DNA of 64,000 nt, taken from the NCBI RefSeq assembly GCF_001194135.2, contig NC_068986.1, positions 5,555,260-5,619,259 on the forward strand, read 5' to 3'. The DNA is from Octopus bimaculoides (Eukaryota). Within the stretch, counting starts at the first letter, position 1; every line of letters starts with the position of its first letter. Position numbers and translations under genes: made by a program. A model generated the notes under the pieces. That model saw only the letters and a program-made list of their open reading frames with translations. It had not been told where the DNA came from and did no database searches. Of the stretch, positions 24,441 through 37,087 are shown piece after piece.

Positions 24441-27400
24441 TAGCAAAAAATGGGGCCTGTATGCAGTTACTGGACCTGCTAGAAATAGCAGAGAAATCTC
24501 CCTAAAACCATACTTAAAAGAACACATTGGACAATGTGACTCTGGAAGATGGGATGGTCATAAATAGATAAGCTTTGATAAGAGACAAGATTAAACAAGG
24601 ACCATAATCTCTTTCTTTTTTGTTTTATAAACTCCATTAACAATATGTGGTGTTGTTTACAAATGGCGTGCTTAAAAGTAACAAAGTTAGAATCCACTCC
24701 CTTATGTATATTTATCTATCAAGCTTATCAAAACTACTTTAATGTCTTGTTGTTTGCATCTATAGAAATGTTTGGAGTTGCAGCTGGTCAACTCTGATAA
24801 ACATTTATTTTGAATAGCTCAAGCTTCTAAGCTGTAAACCCATGGAGGTATAATTTGCAGTAGATAATATTGGGTTCTATATAATGGATTACTGTTTCAC
24901 TGAATTTGATTTACTGACTTACAATTATCCCATAGTAAGATCATAGAAACAATTAAACTGTTATTCCTACTCAGAACTTCAAAAACTTTTTCGTTACATG
25001 CTCTCAGATAACTCATCTAAATTTTTTTTTTTTTTTTTTTTTTTTGTAGTTGGAAAGGCAGAGTCCATGACTCTACAAGATATTCACAACTGGTGCGAAG
25101 AAGACATCTTCACACTGAAGACCTGGTCCGAATGTTTGCAATGGAGTGGACTGCGCTAAAGGCCAGGTAGTGAAGAGTTAAAGCCAGGCAATAGATTAAC
25201 TCTTTAGTATTCAGATTACTCTGGCAAATGTAATACTTATTTACTTATATTGGTTTGAATTAATCATGCATTATCTTACAGCTTCAAGATTTTGATGATG
25301 TAATTGTTTATCTTTAAAATGACATAGTAAGTTTGGTGTGAGAGGTCAGAGATGGCTGGTTTGAATATAAAACAAGTAGAGTATTGGGATTGGATGTGGC
25401 TACTTTAAAAGCTAATGGGTTAAATCTACCACCCAAGAAGGTTGTATGTGAACTCAGAACATGAAAAATACTACAAGGCATCTCGTCCAACATTCTAATA
25501 TTTCCAGCAGTTGACCACCCTACAGGAATATTTTATCTATTGACCAGATTCAATACTCAGAAAAGGAGAGGTTAGTAGAAAAGTTAAACTTGGTATCTTC
25601 AATTTAGTTTTTGTGGCAATCCACACCTGCAGTCATGAATGCTGGGTAATGACCAAAAGGGTACTATTGCAAATACAAGCAGCTGAAAAGTATCTCTGGA
25701 GTAATGTTACTCAACAGGGTACATAGACTGGAAATCAGAGTGTCTCTCCAAGTTGAGCTGTTACTTCTCTACATTAAGAGGTCACAGCTCTAGACATGTG
25801 ATCAAAATGTCACTGGCTCTGATGTAGCAGATCTATAATCGAAGGCATTGCAGTCATAATAATCTTATCTTTTTAAATATCTAGAATTACATTCACCAAT
25901 GTATCCTTCCCTTTTTAAGATAGTATGATGTGATAAGGAAAGTTACTATTTCTAGTGACATGTAAAAATAATAAAGCTATGAGTGTGTGCATATATTAAT
26001 GGTTTAAACATTGTGTAGACAAATGAATTAACTAACAAATCTGAATAGCCCATCCCAGTACTAGCTAGGTGCTTATTTTTTTAAACTCCAGAAAGATAAA
26101 ATGTAAAGTTGACCTTACAGAATTTGAACGAAGAATGCAAAATGAATTGACAATGTTGTCTGTCTTATATCAGAAAACTTGACTGTTTTACTTGACTAAA
26201 AGTGAAAAACCTTAACAGAATATGATTAAAAATTTTAATTGGTTATAAAATGCTGAAGCTTATCAGTGTGTGTGTATGTGATCATTATCATCATTTTTCC
26301 ATGCTGGGATAGGTTGGGAGGTTCCACAGAAGATGGAAAGCCAGAACAGTGCTCCAAGCTCCAATGTCTACTTTGGCATAGTTTCTACAGCTGGATGCCC
26401 TTCCTACCACCAACCACTTTACAAAGTGTACTAGGTGCTTTTTATTTGGCATTAGTGCTATGAGGTCACCAAGTAACTCACAAGACCCTCAACTGAACAG
26501 AGAATAGTATTGAAGGAGATGGTTTTGTGCCAGGTGATGAGAGATTAAAATAGGATAGAGGGACAGAAACAGGTGTCTAGCTGGAGAAGAGATACATGGT
26601 TACCCAGCTGGAAAAGAGAAGGGGAGGAGAGAGAGAGAGAGAAATAATAGTGGTGGAGATTTATCAGGGTGTACCCTTAATATGCAATGAGGGGAATATA
26701 AGTAGAACAGAGAGTTGGACAGGATGAATAGGTAGGTAAGTAAATTTAGGAGAGTGTGAAAGGAGAGTGGCAGACAGGGATGGAGAGGAATGCAGTGAGT
26801 GGTGAACAGAGGTAGAGAAGATATTAGGAAGAGGAGTTGTGGGAGGAGTAGATATTAAGAAGATGAGTCGTGGAGGAGAGATTTGTCAGAGACAGATTTT
26901 GTGCAGAAGGCATAGACATTTATATATATATATACTATTCTTATACAAGAATGTTGTTGACAGTGACTTCAAAGTTTTGCCCAGCTATGCTACCACAGGC
27001 AGAAACCTCGAAGTCAATGTCAGCATTCTTGCATAATAATAAATAAATTTGCACATTACAAAAGTACAGAGTAACCCATCAGATTAATGTAAAATTATTT
27101 TTATTATAACTGAACTTAAAAACAAACATTTATCTATCTACATATATATATATATATATATATATAAGCCACAGAAATGGTGATACATCAATGTCCGCCA
27201 CTCTTGGATGGTACTGAAGGTGGGTTATCTCACCTGTCCATAACTTTCAGGTGTTTTAACACCTGGAACTTTCAGAGAATTTTCTCTACCACACCAAATC
27301 ACAGCCTACCAGTAATTACACAAAGCATATATGTTAAGTGTATGTAATTGATAATATATATACATACACACACACATGCACATTTGTAAATGTAAAGCAT

Positions 27401-29507
27401 TATTCTAAAACTATATATTCTAATTTATTTTTCTTGCTGCAGATTCACACACAGCAAATTTTAATCAGCTCAACATGCTCAGTTCTTTTAGTACAAAGTA
27501 ATCAATCATGAGATTTAAAATCCAATGAAACCAGGTTTTAAAAACAATACTCTTTTTCTCCTTTCAGTCACAGGACTGTAGCCAAGCTGAAACATCACCT
27601 TGTAGGGTTGATCAAATAAACTAAGCCCAGTACCAAGTTTAAGTCTAGTATTTATTCTCCATTTTTTATTTTGTCAAACTGCTAAGTTATGGGTGTGTAG
27701 ATAAACCAATATCAGTTGTCAAGCAGTAAGAGGACAACAGAAACATATATATATAAGTATATGACAGATTTCTATTTAATTTCCATCTCCCAAATTCACT
27801 CACAAAGTACTGGTCAGTCCAGGGCTATTGTAGAAGACATTTGTCCAAGGTGCCACACAATGAGACTGAACCCAAAATGACATGGTTGCAGTAAAACTTC
27901 TTCAGCATCAAAAACTTAAAATTTGTTGATATCAAAAATAATCGACAAACATCCTCTTCTGGTGGGGATGGCTTGACAGCATGTATCATGCTTTTTACTA
28001 ATTAAACAGACATAGGCACCCTCTTGCCCTAGTGGAACATCCATGATGTGAAGCTGGAAAGAGGGCTACACGAGCAACTTGAAATGAAATGTTTGTTCAA
28101 GGGTACAATGTGGCACCTGGTCCAGGAAATGAACTCGTAACCTCATGATAGTGATCCAAATATTCTATCTATCAGGTCACATGCATTCACACAGTTTAAC
28201 CATAAGGTAGGGCTTACTTAAGATCACAGACCCTCTGAGACTGGTGTAAAAACAAATGTAGTTAATGTTTATCTTGAGTGACAGATCAACGACCACAGGA
28301 AAAATACGAAAGGAAGATAACAAAGTATTCCGGATGAGTGACGCTTTTAGAGGATTGAGGGAAAGTGGTTAAAGTGAAGCAGGGGTTATAATGATAAGTG
28401 GAGAATAGGCGAATGTGTTTGGGTTGGTATACCAGCTTGCTTCGATGAACAGAGGCGATTGTGATAAGTGGTTGAAAAGCAGAGTGGATAAACAATACGT
28501 CTGTGAGAAAAGGTTGAAGTGAATTGGCGGTTGGAAGCTAATATTTGGAATGTAGTGTTGCTATGTTCTGAATAAGATTGCGAGCCACTGAATTTGTAGA
28601 TACCTTGCAATCTAAAATTAAGAGCAAGTAGCAATCAAACGGAACCCGGCACCCGACGAACTGCTTCTTGGTTGAAGTTATTTCACAGCATTCGTAAAAG
28701 GCATATCTTAACTTCGCCCCAAATAATATGGGTCAAACATATTGACCCGAGATCAAAAACGAAAAAAAATTAGTGTAATAGGTGTAAAACAACTTGCTGT
28801 GAACGAATATTTTGATTCGGAATTGAGTGCATTCGAAAAGACAACTAGGAAACAGAGAGAGAAGCCGGGAAATACAGATAAGATACTCGATAGTTTTACC
28901 ATCCGTCAGATGGACGCAATAACATGCGTGCGACGTGACAGGGTATATAGGTCCATGGTTACCGGCACTTATAGGCATGAAAGAAAAAAGGTTGCATTTA
29001 AGCTTATTTAATGATTCAGTGGACACCAGCTAATGTCAGGTACTTAAATAGTAATAACCGAAAAGGATTTCATAAGATCGATCACTCTGCTGGAAATAGC
29101 AGTGAATATAGTCCTGAATCATCTATGATGAGAAGTTCGCTTGATCAGAGCTGACTTGATGGCTAAGCAACAATATATTGATAAAACTTTTATAAAAAGT
29201 CAAGTCATAACAGTAGCGCAGGGTGACACCGCAATATTGTGAAGTAATTAAAAAGTGTAAAGCAAATTTGGTTAAATAAATCAGTCTCATTTCATATCGT
29301 TCCAATTACGTGCAAAAGCAAAATACAGCATCGGTAATCCTGGTATAGTACGTCTTTTAACAGAAACCAAAAAGGATTGAAAGTAAATTATATTCTGTCT
29401 TTCTTTATAAATGAAAGTATTCGTGGTGCTAAAACAAGTAAAACTGTAAACTTTAAAAAGTTTAACCTTTTATCCATAATTATTAAAAGAAAAAATGTTT
29501 AACTTAC

Positions 29508-29521
29508 TTTTGTTCTGACAT
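29508..29521 (-). CDS. PGD: 6-phosphogluconate dehydrogenase, coding exon 1 (MSEQ + AA of K)
   Basis: Minus strand reads gcaaa ATG TCA GAA CAA AA|gtaagt. Perfect donor; phase 2 matches exon 2 (A GCA GAC), giving MSEQKADIALIGLAVMG. Confidence 0.85.
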
Positions 29522-29710
29522 TTTGCTCGCTAAAGTAATCTCTGAAGAGGACGGTGTTGACTAATTGACTGAAAGAAATTAAACAAACCAAGGTTGTGGG
29601 CAAAGCTGGTTATCTCCCTTAAATCTTAACAGTGCCATCATACGGCTCTGCGGAACAACTAATTAAGGGGAGATCATTTATTTAACACATTGACTGACTG
29701 ACTGTCTGTC
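29522..29710. promoter_or_regulatory. Bidirectional promoter / 5' UTR interval shared by PGD and SEC62
   Basis: 189 bp between divergent ATGs; no TATA box seen; lies in a CpG-retaining, TE-free zone. Confidence 0.75.
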
Positions 29711-29749
29711 ATGGCGGAGAAAAGGAAATCACGACGGAAACAGGACGAG
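29711..29749 (+). CDS. SEC62: Translocation protein SEC62 exon 1 (MAEKRKSRRKQDE)
   Basis: gtc ATG GCG...GAG|gtacga; resembles the vertebrate MAERRRHKKRIQ start; phase 0. Confidence 0.92.
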
Positions 29750-32417
29750 GTACGAATTTCACACGTCTTTATTTCAAAGACTTCTTTTTTTTAAATAAAT
29801 ATTTGTGTCATAATAATTCCCATGGTATATTTTCTTGTAGCATTATCAATTCCTGAATCGCCAGCTTTGCTACATTCCTCTTTTTTTTCTGCTCCGTTAA
29901 ATTTACATATGCTTGAAGTTGTAGTTAACTGTTTCTATTTATTTGAAAGGTGTGAAGATCACCAAATGTTTCACTTCACCAGTCATCTCCCAAGGATATC
30001 ATAACCCATATCATATTTTCACACTTTAATAACCTGCTTACCTACTATTTTTGTGTGATATATGATTTATATGTTTCTTCCGATGACTTCTCATAATAGT
30101 GTATGTTGTGTTTGTTTTTAATTTGCATTCATTTAAAATAACGAAAATAAAAGTCTACCTGTTTACTATTAAATGTTGTTGCAGTTTAGAGGGGACGTTC
30201 GTTATAAGTGTGATGTAGTTCACATGTTTCTAATGAATGAACAGTTACTTTGTTTTGCCATCATTTAGTGCCAACACTCAATATGGTATCGTTCTCATCT
30301 TCAGAGATAACAAGTCACACATTATTTAACCATATGAATGAGTAATTAAAGTATCTAAATTTATATTCTGAATCTAGACTATTTACGCTCATCTGTATTT
30401 CCACCAATGTCTATATAACCTACATTTATATCGGCCTTTCTTTAAAAGTCTCAAGTTTCGGTTAAACCGAAACCACTGTTTGTGATACTCCTCTGACGTG
30501 TAAACCCAGTGTAAAGCAGATCAATATTTCTCCAAGAAAAACACAAAGACGTCTTTCTTTGAGGATTTTTTTCTTCTTTAGCTTAACGATATTTTTAAGA
30601 AATAAGCTGTTTTAAACAAAAAAATCCACGCAATTATAGTTAAGAATTTCGTTATTTTGATAAATTTCCGCAAACAATATTTTGAACTAAATGAATTGCC
30701 ATCTTTTTTATAAACTTCTTTTCACGTCCCATCTTCAGTTGCTACTTGATTCCTTCAAAACATTGTTTGTCCTATTCATGCGAAATATCTTCTCAGAAGC
30801 ACACTTTAGAATTTTTCTTTGAAACAGCAAAATTAACAGGCGTATGTCGAGAAATAAACGCCAAGTAAATATTGTTTCTTCTGTAGACAACAGGTTTTCA
30901 ACGGTCCCTTTTGTTGTCGTGATATTTGTTTTATTACATTTTTAAAAATTTCTTTTCCAAACCTTCATTTCTTTTCAATTTTTTTTCTTAATTCTGAGTT
31001 TTTTTAATTTTTTTATTCAAACGTTTTCGGTTTCGAATTTAAAACGTGTAAATTATTATTAAAAATACAATTGTAAATTATTGGTAAAAGTTTTTTCTGG
31101 TTCCTAATGTGATGACTTGTCATTTTTTTCCATTTACGTTTGTATTAGTAGCGAACATAGTCGCAATTTTCATTAATTATAGTTTCAGTTAATTATAAGT
31201 ATTATCATTTTACAAACTCCTATTTTTTAAGTACAAAATCATCTCAATTTAAGCAAACCATTTTAGTCTCTCAAACTAACTCAATATGTTGAATAGCTTG
31301 AAAACATTTTTGTTTTAGTTATTTTTATGATTAACATAATTTTTTTAATTGTTTACCGAGACGTAAATATTCAGCATTAATTACTATTACGCATCATGGA
31401 ACAGCTTGTTCACACCACACACATACAAAAAAAAAAATTAGCATTAAACATCCCATTACAAACACTTTACCGTAACAGCCTGCACTCTTGTTCGTCCCAA
31501 GCTGTTTATGATGCACAAAAGTAAGGAATACAAAGGGGTTGGAGTTTTCCCTCATTGGAAAAGAAAAAGGGTAGTTGTTTCGGTAAATGTTTACCCTTTC
31601 ACCCCCACCCCCCACACACACACACTATATAATTTTTTTTATATAGTATTTCGATGTTTCATACAATGGAAATTACTGTTCGGATAAAATTCTTGCAAAC
31701 ATTTTAATTTTGTATACTTACGTTCCCTCCTCTCTCCATACACACACATACGCTTCCATCCCTTTTCTCTTCCTATGAGGTAGAGGAATTTGAGAGGCCC
31801 CTATTCCGAAACCTTCCGGATTTTGAACTGTATGGTTCATAAATCGCTCAATTTATTTGCTTTAAGTGAAGTTTGGAAAAACATTAAAAAAATTTTTAAC
31901 CAGCTGTTGATATTTATTTAATATTCGGAGGCGCAGGTGTTACTGGAATTGTTTGAAATATTAAGAATATGTTACCTACCTAAATTCTCTTTTAATGTGT
32001 GTTCCTTGATTTTAGTTGGGTGTCTTAACTGGTTTTATAAAATGCAGAATAGTCTGAAAGCTATTTCTATATTTACAGTTTTTTCTGTAGCGAGAACCAA
32101 TCACCATCAACATAATAGTTTCCAAAGACGTCCAGCTCTTAAACTCTTATTTCAATAACTGGTCCACAGATGTACTGTTTCCTCTCTCTGTGTTTTCTAC
32201 CATTCTTTCAATAGTCTCGTGCCACTTCCATTTAAGTTCTCTTGGCCTGCTCATCTCTCTCTTCTGCTTATCATTCATATTGTGTCAACCACCTCTCTCT
32301 AGATGACCCTCCCTGCCTATGTTTTTCTGGTGGCTGTTCAAGAGGAATTTGAGCCCAGTTGTTTTCACCATTCTCAGAAGTCCTGTAAAGGCCACGACAA
32401 TGCCTCTTTCTCTGGAC

Positions 32418-32720
32418 CAGGAGTTCTCAATCATTTTTTATCTATGGACCCCCTTTGACTACTATTTTATTCTGGTGGACCCCAATAACCATTTGGTGTT
32501 TAAAAACTAGTTTTATAGATACTTTCAAAATTTCTATTTTGTTTTTCACTCATTAACCTTTGTAGGTTGAACTATGTAAAATGTTAAAGAAACTGAGCTG
32601 TTTCTTGTAATGCATGATAATACATATATCTAAAGCAAAATTTTATCAGGGGCCCTTAAAATACTATTGTGGATCCCCAATTAACTATTTTGATATGTGG
32701 ACCCCAGTTGAAAACCACTG
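32418..32720. mobile_element. hAT (Charlie-type) MITE
   Basis: TIR caggagttctcaa / ttgaaaaccactg; 8-bp TSD ctctggac / ctctagac. Confidence 0.8.
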
Positions 32721-34475
32721 CTCTAGACTAAGCTATAGAAAAAAAAATTACAAGAACAGAGCTACACTAAACATCCTAAACTCCTCACTAAAATCATTAG
32801 CAACCTTGACCTTCTTTATCTTATGTTCATATATAACTTGTACTTTTACAAACTATACCTAAATTTGACACCCCCACCAAACTACAGAACTTAAGATTCT
32901 ATCAAAGCCTTCTCAAGGTCAACAAATGCAAATTGTTTTACATCCATTTCTCTCATATTGACATGGGTTGGATGAGTTTTCTGAAGCAGCGTTTTACAAC
33001 CAAATACCTTTTGGTCCCATCTCATGATATGCAGGAGCACAGTGTACTTATTCTAAAACTAGAAGAGTTGTTTATTCTTAGCTAAGAAATTTCTTCTTAG
33101 AAATATGACATTGTCATTCTATATCCAGACAAAACAATATAGTATTTTAATGAACTCTCTTGTGCTTATTTCACTATAACTTTCCCTATCACTTTCAAGA
33201 TTTGGTCTATCAGCTGCAGCTCTGATCCCCATTGTTACCATAGCAGTGATAAAGATAATGCTCTGACAATAACACCTTCAGCCTGACCTGATTAACTGAG
33301 TAAAGAATGAGAATAGTTTTTACATAGCTTGACATTTTCGACATCTCTTTAACTATTCCTGATAATAATTGTGTATCTTTATCTGTTTTATTTAGCTCTT
33401 CAGTTCGCCCTCATTTGCACCTTGCTCCCTCTACTTAAATATATTGGTTTCGAATTTTGGCACAAAGCCAGCAATTTGGTGGGAGGGGATATGTCAATTA
33501 CATCAACCCTAATGTTCAACTGGTGCTCATTTTATTGACCCCAGAAAGATGAAAAGCAAAGTCTGCCATCAGTTGTAATGAAAAATTAACCTTGCAACAG
33601 GAATTGCTTCTTTAAATTAATGAATTAAATCTGAATGCTTGGATTCATAAAATACAATTAAAAAAAATTATTTTAGAATGTTAGGAATGAAAGTACATAC
33701 TACAATGTGTAAGCCATTACATTTTGTAATTAAAGATAAAAACATCTTCATAAAAAGCAGTAAAATCAAGGACCTGATTTTGAAAAGTATATGAAATTCA
33801 AATTCTTTCTCTGAAACCTAGACAGTCTGACAACACTGACTGTCTCACGTTGGTCTACTGACAAACTGTTTTCACTGCCTTTGTTATGTTGCAATTGAAC
33901 TGCTTTCCCATCTAATTATCTACTTATGTCTGGTCAGCAGTGTAAACAAAATAAAATGAACTACTCATTAATTCGTTTGATTTTCTTTAGATGTTTTGTA
34001 CAAACATTAGATTAGCTAATGAAATGATTATACCAAAACAAAACAAAATTTATATTTGCTCTGTATTCACTTTCTCATTCTCTCTTATTCTTAGAAAAAT
34101 AGCTATTTGTTGGAATAACGGAAATGGTAGTGTTGGTTTAAATTCCTTGCAGTATTTAATTCCATTCCCCTACATTCCAGTTTTGAATTGTACCTGAGTT
34201 AACTAATTTCTCTTGGGTCTTTAAGTGTCAGTCACATGACCCTACATCAATATGAGAAACCCTTATTGAAAGTAATAGTTTTAGCGAAATTAAGAAATGT
34301 GTTATTGTTAAATGAAACTTCATAAATTAACAGTTCTTTTTAAGTTTCCGAGTAGTGAAGCTTTTTTCAAAGAAATATAACCTTCACACCTGATACATGT
34401 GTTTAAGTAACTCAATAAGTGTATAATGATGATGTGAAGAGTCATTATTTCAAGTCTTTCATTGAACCATATTCG

Positions 34476-34939
34476 ATGACTGGCACTTGCACCAGTGGAG
34501 CACTAACAGCACTGTCCGAGTGTGTTCATTGCCAGAGCAGATGTCTGGCTTCCGTGCTAGTGGCCCATAAATAGCACCATTTGAGCGTAATCGTTACCAG
34601 CGTTGCCTTCTAGCACTTGTGCTGGTGGCACTTTAGAAAATCATTCGAGCGAGGTCGTTGCCAGTGCCGCTGGACCGGCTCCCGTGCAGGTGGCATGTAA
34701 AAAACACCATTTTGAGCGTGGCCGTTGCCAGTACCGTGTGACTGGCCCTCGTGCCAGTGGCACGTAAAAGCACCCACTACACTCTCGGAGTGGTTGGCGT
34801 TAGGAAGGGCATCCAGCTGTAGAAACTCTGCCAGATCAGATTGGAGCCTGGAGCAACCGTCTGGCTTGCCAGTCCTCAGTCAAATCGTCCAACCCATGCT
34901 AGCATGGAAAGCGGACATTAAACGATTATGATGATGATG
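34476..34939 (+). mobile_element. Non-autonomous retroelement with RTE-like 3' end and (GAT)n tail; copies about 1511-1690, 10175-10438, 11011-11455(-), 17446-17618, 20818-21040(-), 26280-26620(-), 45850-46028, 48796-49087(-)
   Basis: Shared gagtggttggcgttaggaagggcatccagctgtagaaac...cccatgctagcatggaaagcggacgttaaacgatgatgat. Confidence 0.85.
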
Positions 34940-35944
34940 CTGAATAACATATGCTGAAATATCTTCATAGATATTTCCAAAGCTCTCTTGCTCTGTATAA
35001 GGTCTGTCCTACATTGAATCAACTGAGAGCTGATTTTGTTCTCATGTTTGTGTATTTTACAAGTGGACATTACTTTTGACATATTACTGCTTTCTCAACT
35101 TACTGTAGGTCTCAGTCTCTGTTAAATCAGTGCATATATAGGTTGTCATTTTACATGCCATGGAGATTTTCTCATTGCCTGTCCTTCATTCTTCTGCAGC
35201 ATCACATTTCAGGCACCTGCATCTTGTTGTCTCTAATATGACAACAATTTTTTTTAAACTCTTTTGATACCAACAGGCTTGAGTCAGTTCCTAATTCTAT
35301 ACTACAAACTTGATGTTTTGAAATGATCAGTATTAAAACTTTCCATCAAAATTTCATGTTAATTTATGTTTCAAGCACCAGCCTAAAAATAACTTGATTA
35401 TTTTGATAAATTAATTATTTTTTACAATTAACTGATAATCACAAAAAGGTTAACTATTTTCAATTATTGGATGCTCTGCTGATTCTACTTTCAATAAGAA
35501 TTAGGTCCTCCAGTGTTCACAAAATCTGCAACTACCTTTTAACCCAGTTGCTCATTCAAACATGTTGATTTATGAAATGTTTTTGTATCATCTTGCAAGA
35601 GCTTTCCATTTCCTTTCTCACTACCCAATGGAAATTATCAATTTAGAAGAAAAAGTGAGAATTGCAAATGGACATTTGATGCTTCAAGGTTACTGTATGT
35701 AGTTGTCAACTTGCAGCAATTTAAGAGGGACATTATGTCAACCTCCCTGGCTTTGAAGGGGTCTCTAAAGGCCACAGATACAGCTTCTTCTTCCAGATCA
35801 AACCAATAAAATAATAATCTTGTTTTATTATCTGTAATAGCATTTTTTTATGAAGTATTGTTTAAATGAATGTTTTGGAATGGAGCTATGTAAATTAACT
35901 AAATTTTTAACGATTTTGTTTAATTTTTTTTTTTTTTATCCTAG

Positions 35945-36053
35945 GAGAAAGAAACCCCTACAAAAGAAGAATATGCTGTTGCCAGATATCTTCGCTTTAA
36001 TAACCCGGTGAAAGAAGGTCGTTTGGCTGGCATAACAGTGACATGTTTTATTG
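35945..36053 (+). CDS. SEC62: SEC62 exon 2 (EKETPTKEEYAVARYLRFNNP...)
   Basis: 109 nt, ctag/gtgagc, conserved AVAxYLRFN. Confidence 0.96.
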
Positions 36054-36059
36054 GTGAGC

Positions 36060-36182
36060 AATATGATTTCTGAAATAAGTTAAAATGTGTTGAGAAAAAT
36101 ATGATTTCTGAAATAAGTTAAAATGTGTTGAGAAAAATATGATTTCTGAAATAAGTTAAAATGTGTTGAGAAAAATATGATT
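36060..36182. repeat. 38-bp tandem repeat, 3 perfect copies plus a partial one
   Basis: atatgatttctgaaataagttaaaatgtgttgagaaaa at 36061, 36099, 36137. Confidence 0.95.
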
Positions 36183-36283
36183 ATGCTTATGTAATTAGTA
36201 AAGTGTATGTTTCTAAACTTTGCTTAATTCTAAAATTACTAATTTATTTAATAGATTAAGAGGAATCTTTTCTTCTTTTTTAG

Positions 36284-36389
36284 GGTGCAAAGCTGTTGAT
36301 GCTTTAATGCAGTCTAAATGGTCTGCTTCAGAAAATAAGACCAATTCTTTGTTTACCACCAGACAGTCATGTACCAACTATCTTGGCAG
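36284..36389 (+). CDS. SEC62: SEC62 exon 3 (CKAVDALMQSKW...LFTTRQSC)
   Basis: 106 nt, tttag/gtaaga. Confidence 0.96.
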
Positions 36390-36518
36390 GTAAGAAGTTT
36401 AATTCGTTTTATTTGTGTAATGAGAATTGCTTTATTTAGTTGAATATTTTATACAGCAAACATTCAAAGGCTTCATTCATTTCATCATTACTTTGTTTTT
36501 TGTATTCTTTATGACAAG

Positions 36519-36900
36519 TGGAGGCGCAATGGCCCAGTGGTTAGGGCAGCAAATTCGCAGTCATAGGGTCACGGTTTTGATTCCCAGACCGGGCGTTGTG
36601 TGTGTTTATTGAGCGAAAACACCTAAAGCTCCACAAGGCTCCGGCAGGGGATTGTGGCGAACCCTGCTGTCCTCTTCCACCACAACTTTCTCTCACTCTT
36701 ACTTCCTGTTTCTGTTGTGCCTGTAATACAAAGGGTCAGCCTTGTCACTCTGTGTCACGCTGAATATCACCAAGAACTACGTTAAGGGTACACGTGTCTG
36801 TGGAGTGCTCAGCCACTTGCACATTAATTTCACGAGCAGGCTGTTCCGTTGATCGGATCAACTGGAACCCTCGACGTCGTAAGCGACGGAGTGCCAACAC
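36519..36900 (+). mobile_element. Young full-length tRNA-derived SINE
   Basis: A box tggcccagtgg, B-box-like region, perfect 13-bp TSD tctttatgacaag; related copies about 4390-4670, 37485-37790, 40645-40945. Confidence 0.9.
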
Positions 36901-37087
36901 TCTTTATGACAAGCATAAAACCTATGACATGTAGAGTTAACTAAGCTGTTAATTTCTTGGTTTTAACAAAAACTTTAAATATATTTGTTTCTTTAGTTGA
37001 CCAGTAAAAGAAATTGAAAAATTTCATCAAAGCACAGAAATTGTCATATTAATCTCTCATTTTTTTGTAGTACACTATTCTATGATA

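Noticed and set aside
27234-27241. ATG GAC AG|gtgaga as PGD exon 1 (8 nt, phase 2)
   Set aside because: Lies in a repeat-like tail next to (TA)n. The 29508-29521 candidate has a perfect donor, good start context, a natural N-terminus and sits in the CpG-retaining zone.
28953-28997. ATG...CG|gtaacc as alternative PGD first exon (MQPFFFHAYKCR or MPISA)
   Set aside because: Weaker donor; implausible N-terminus, or wrong phase for the canonical acceptor.
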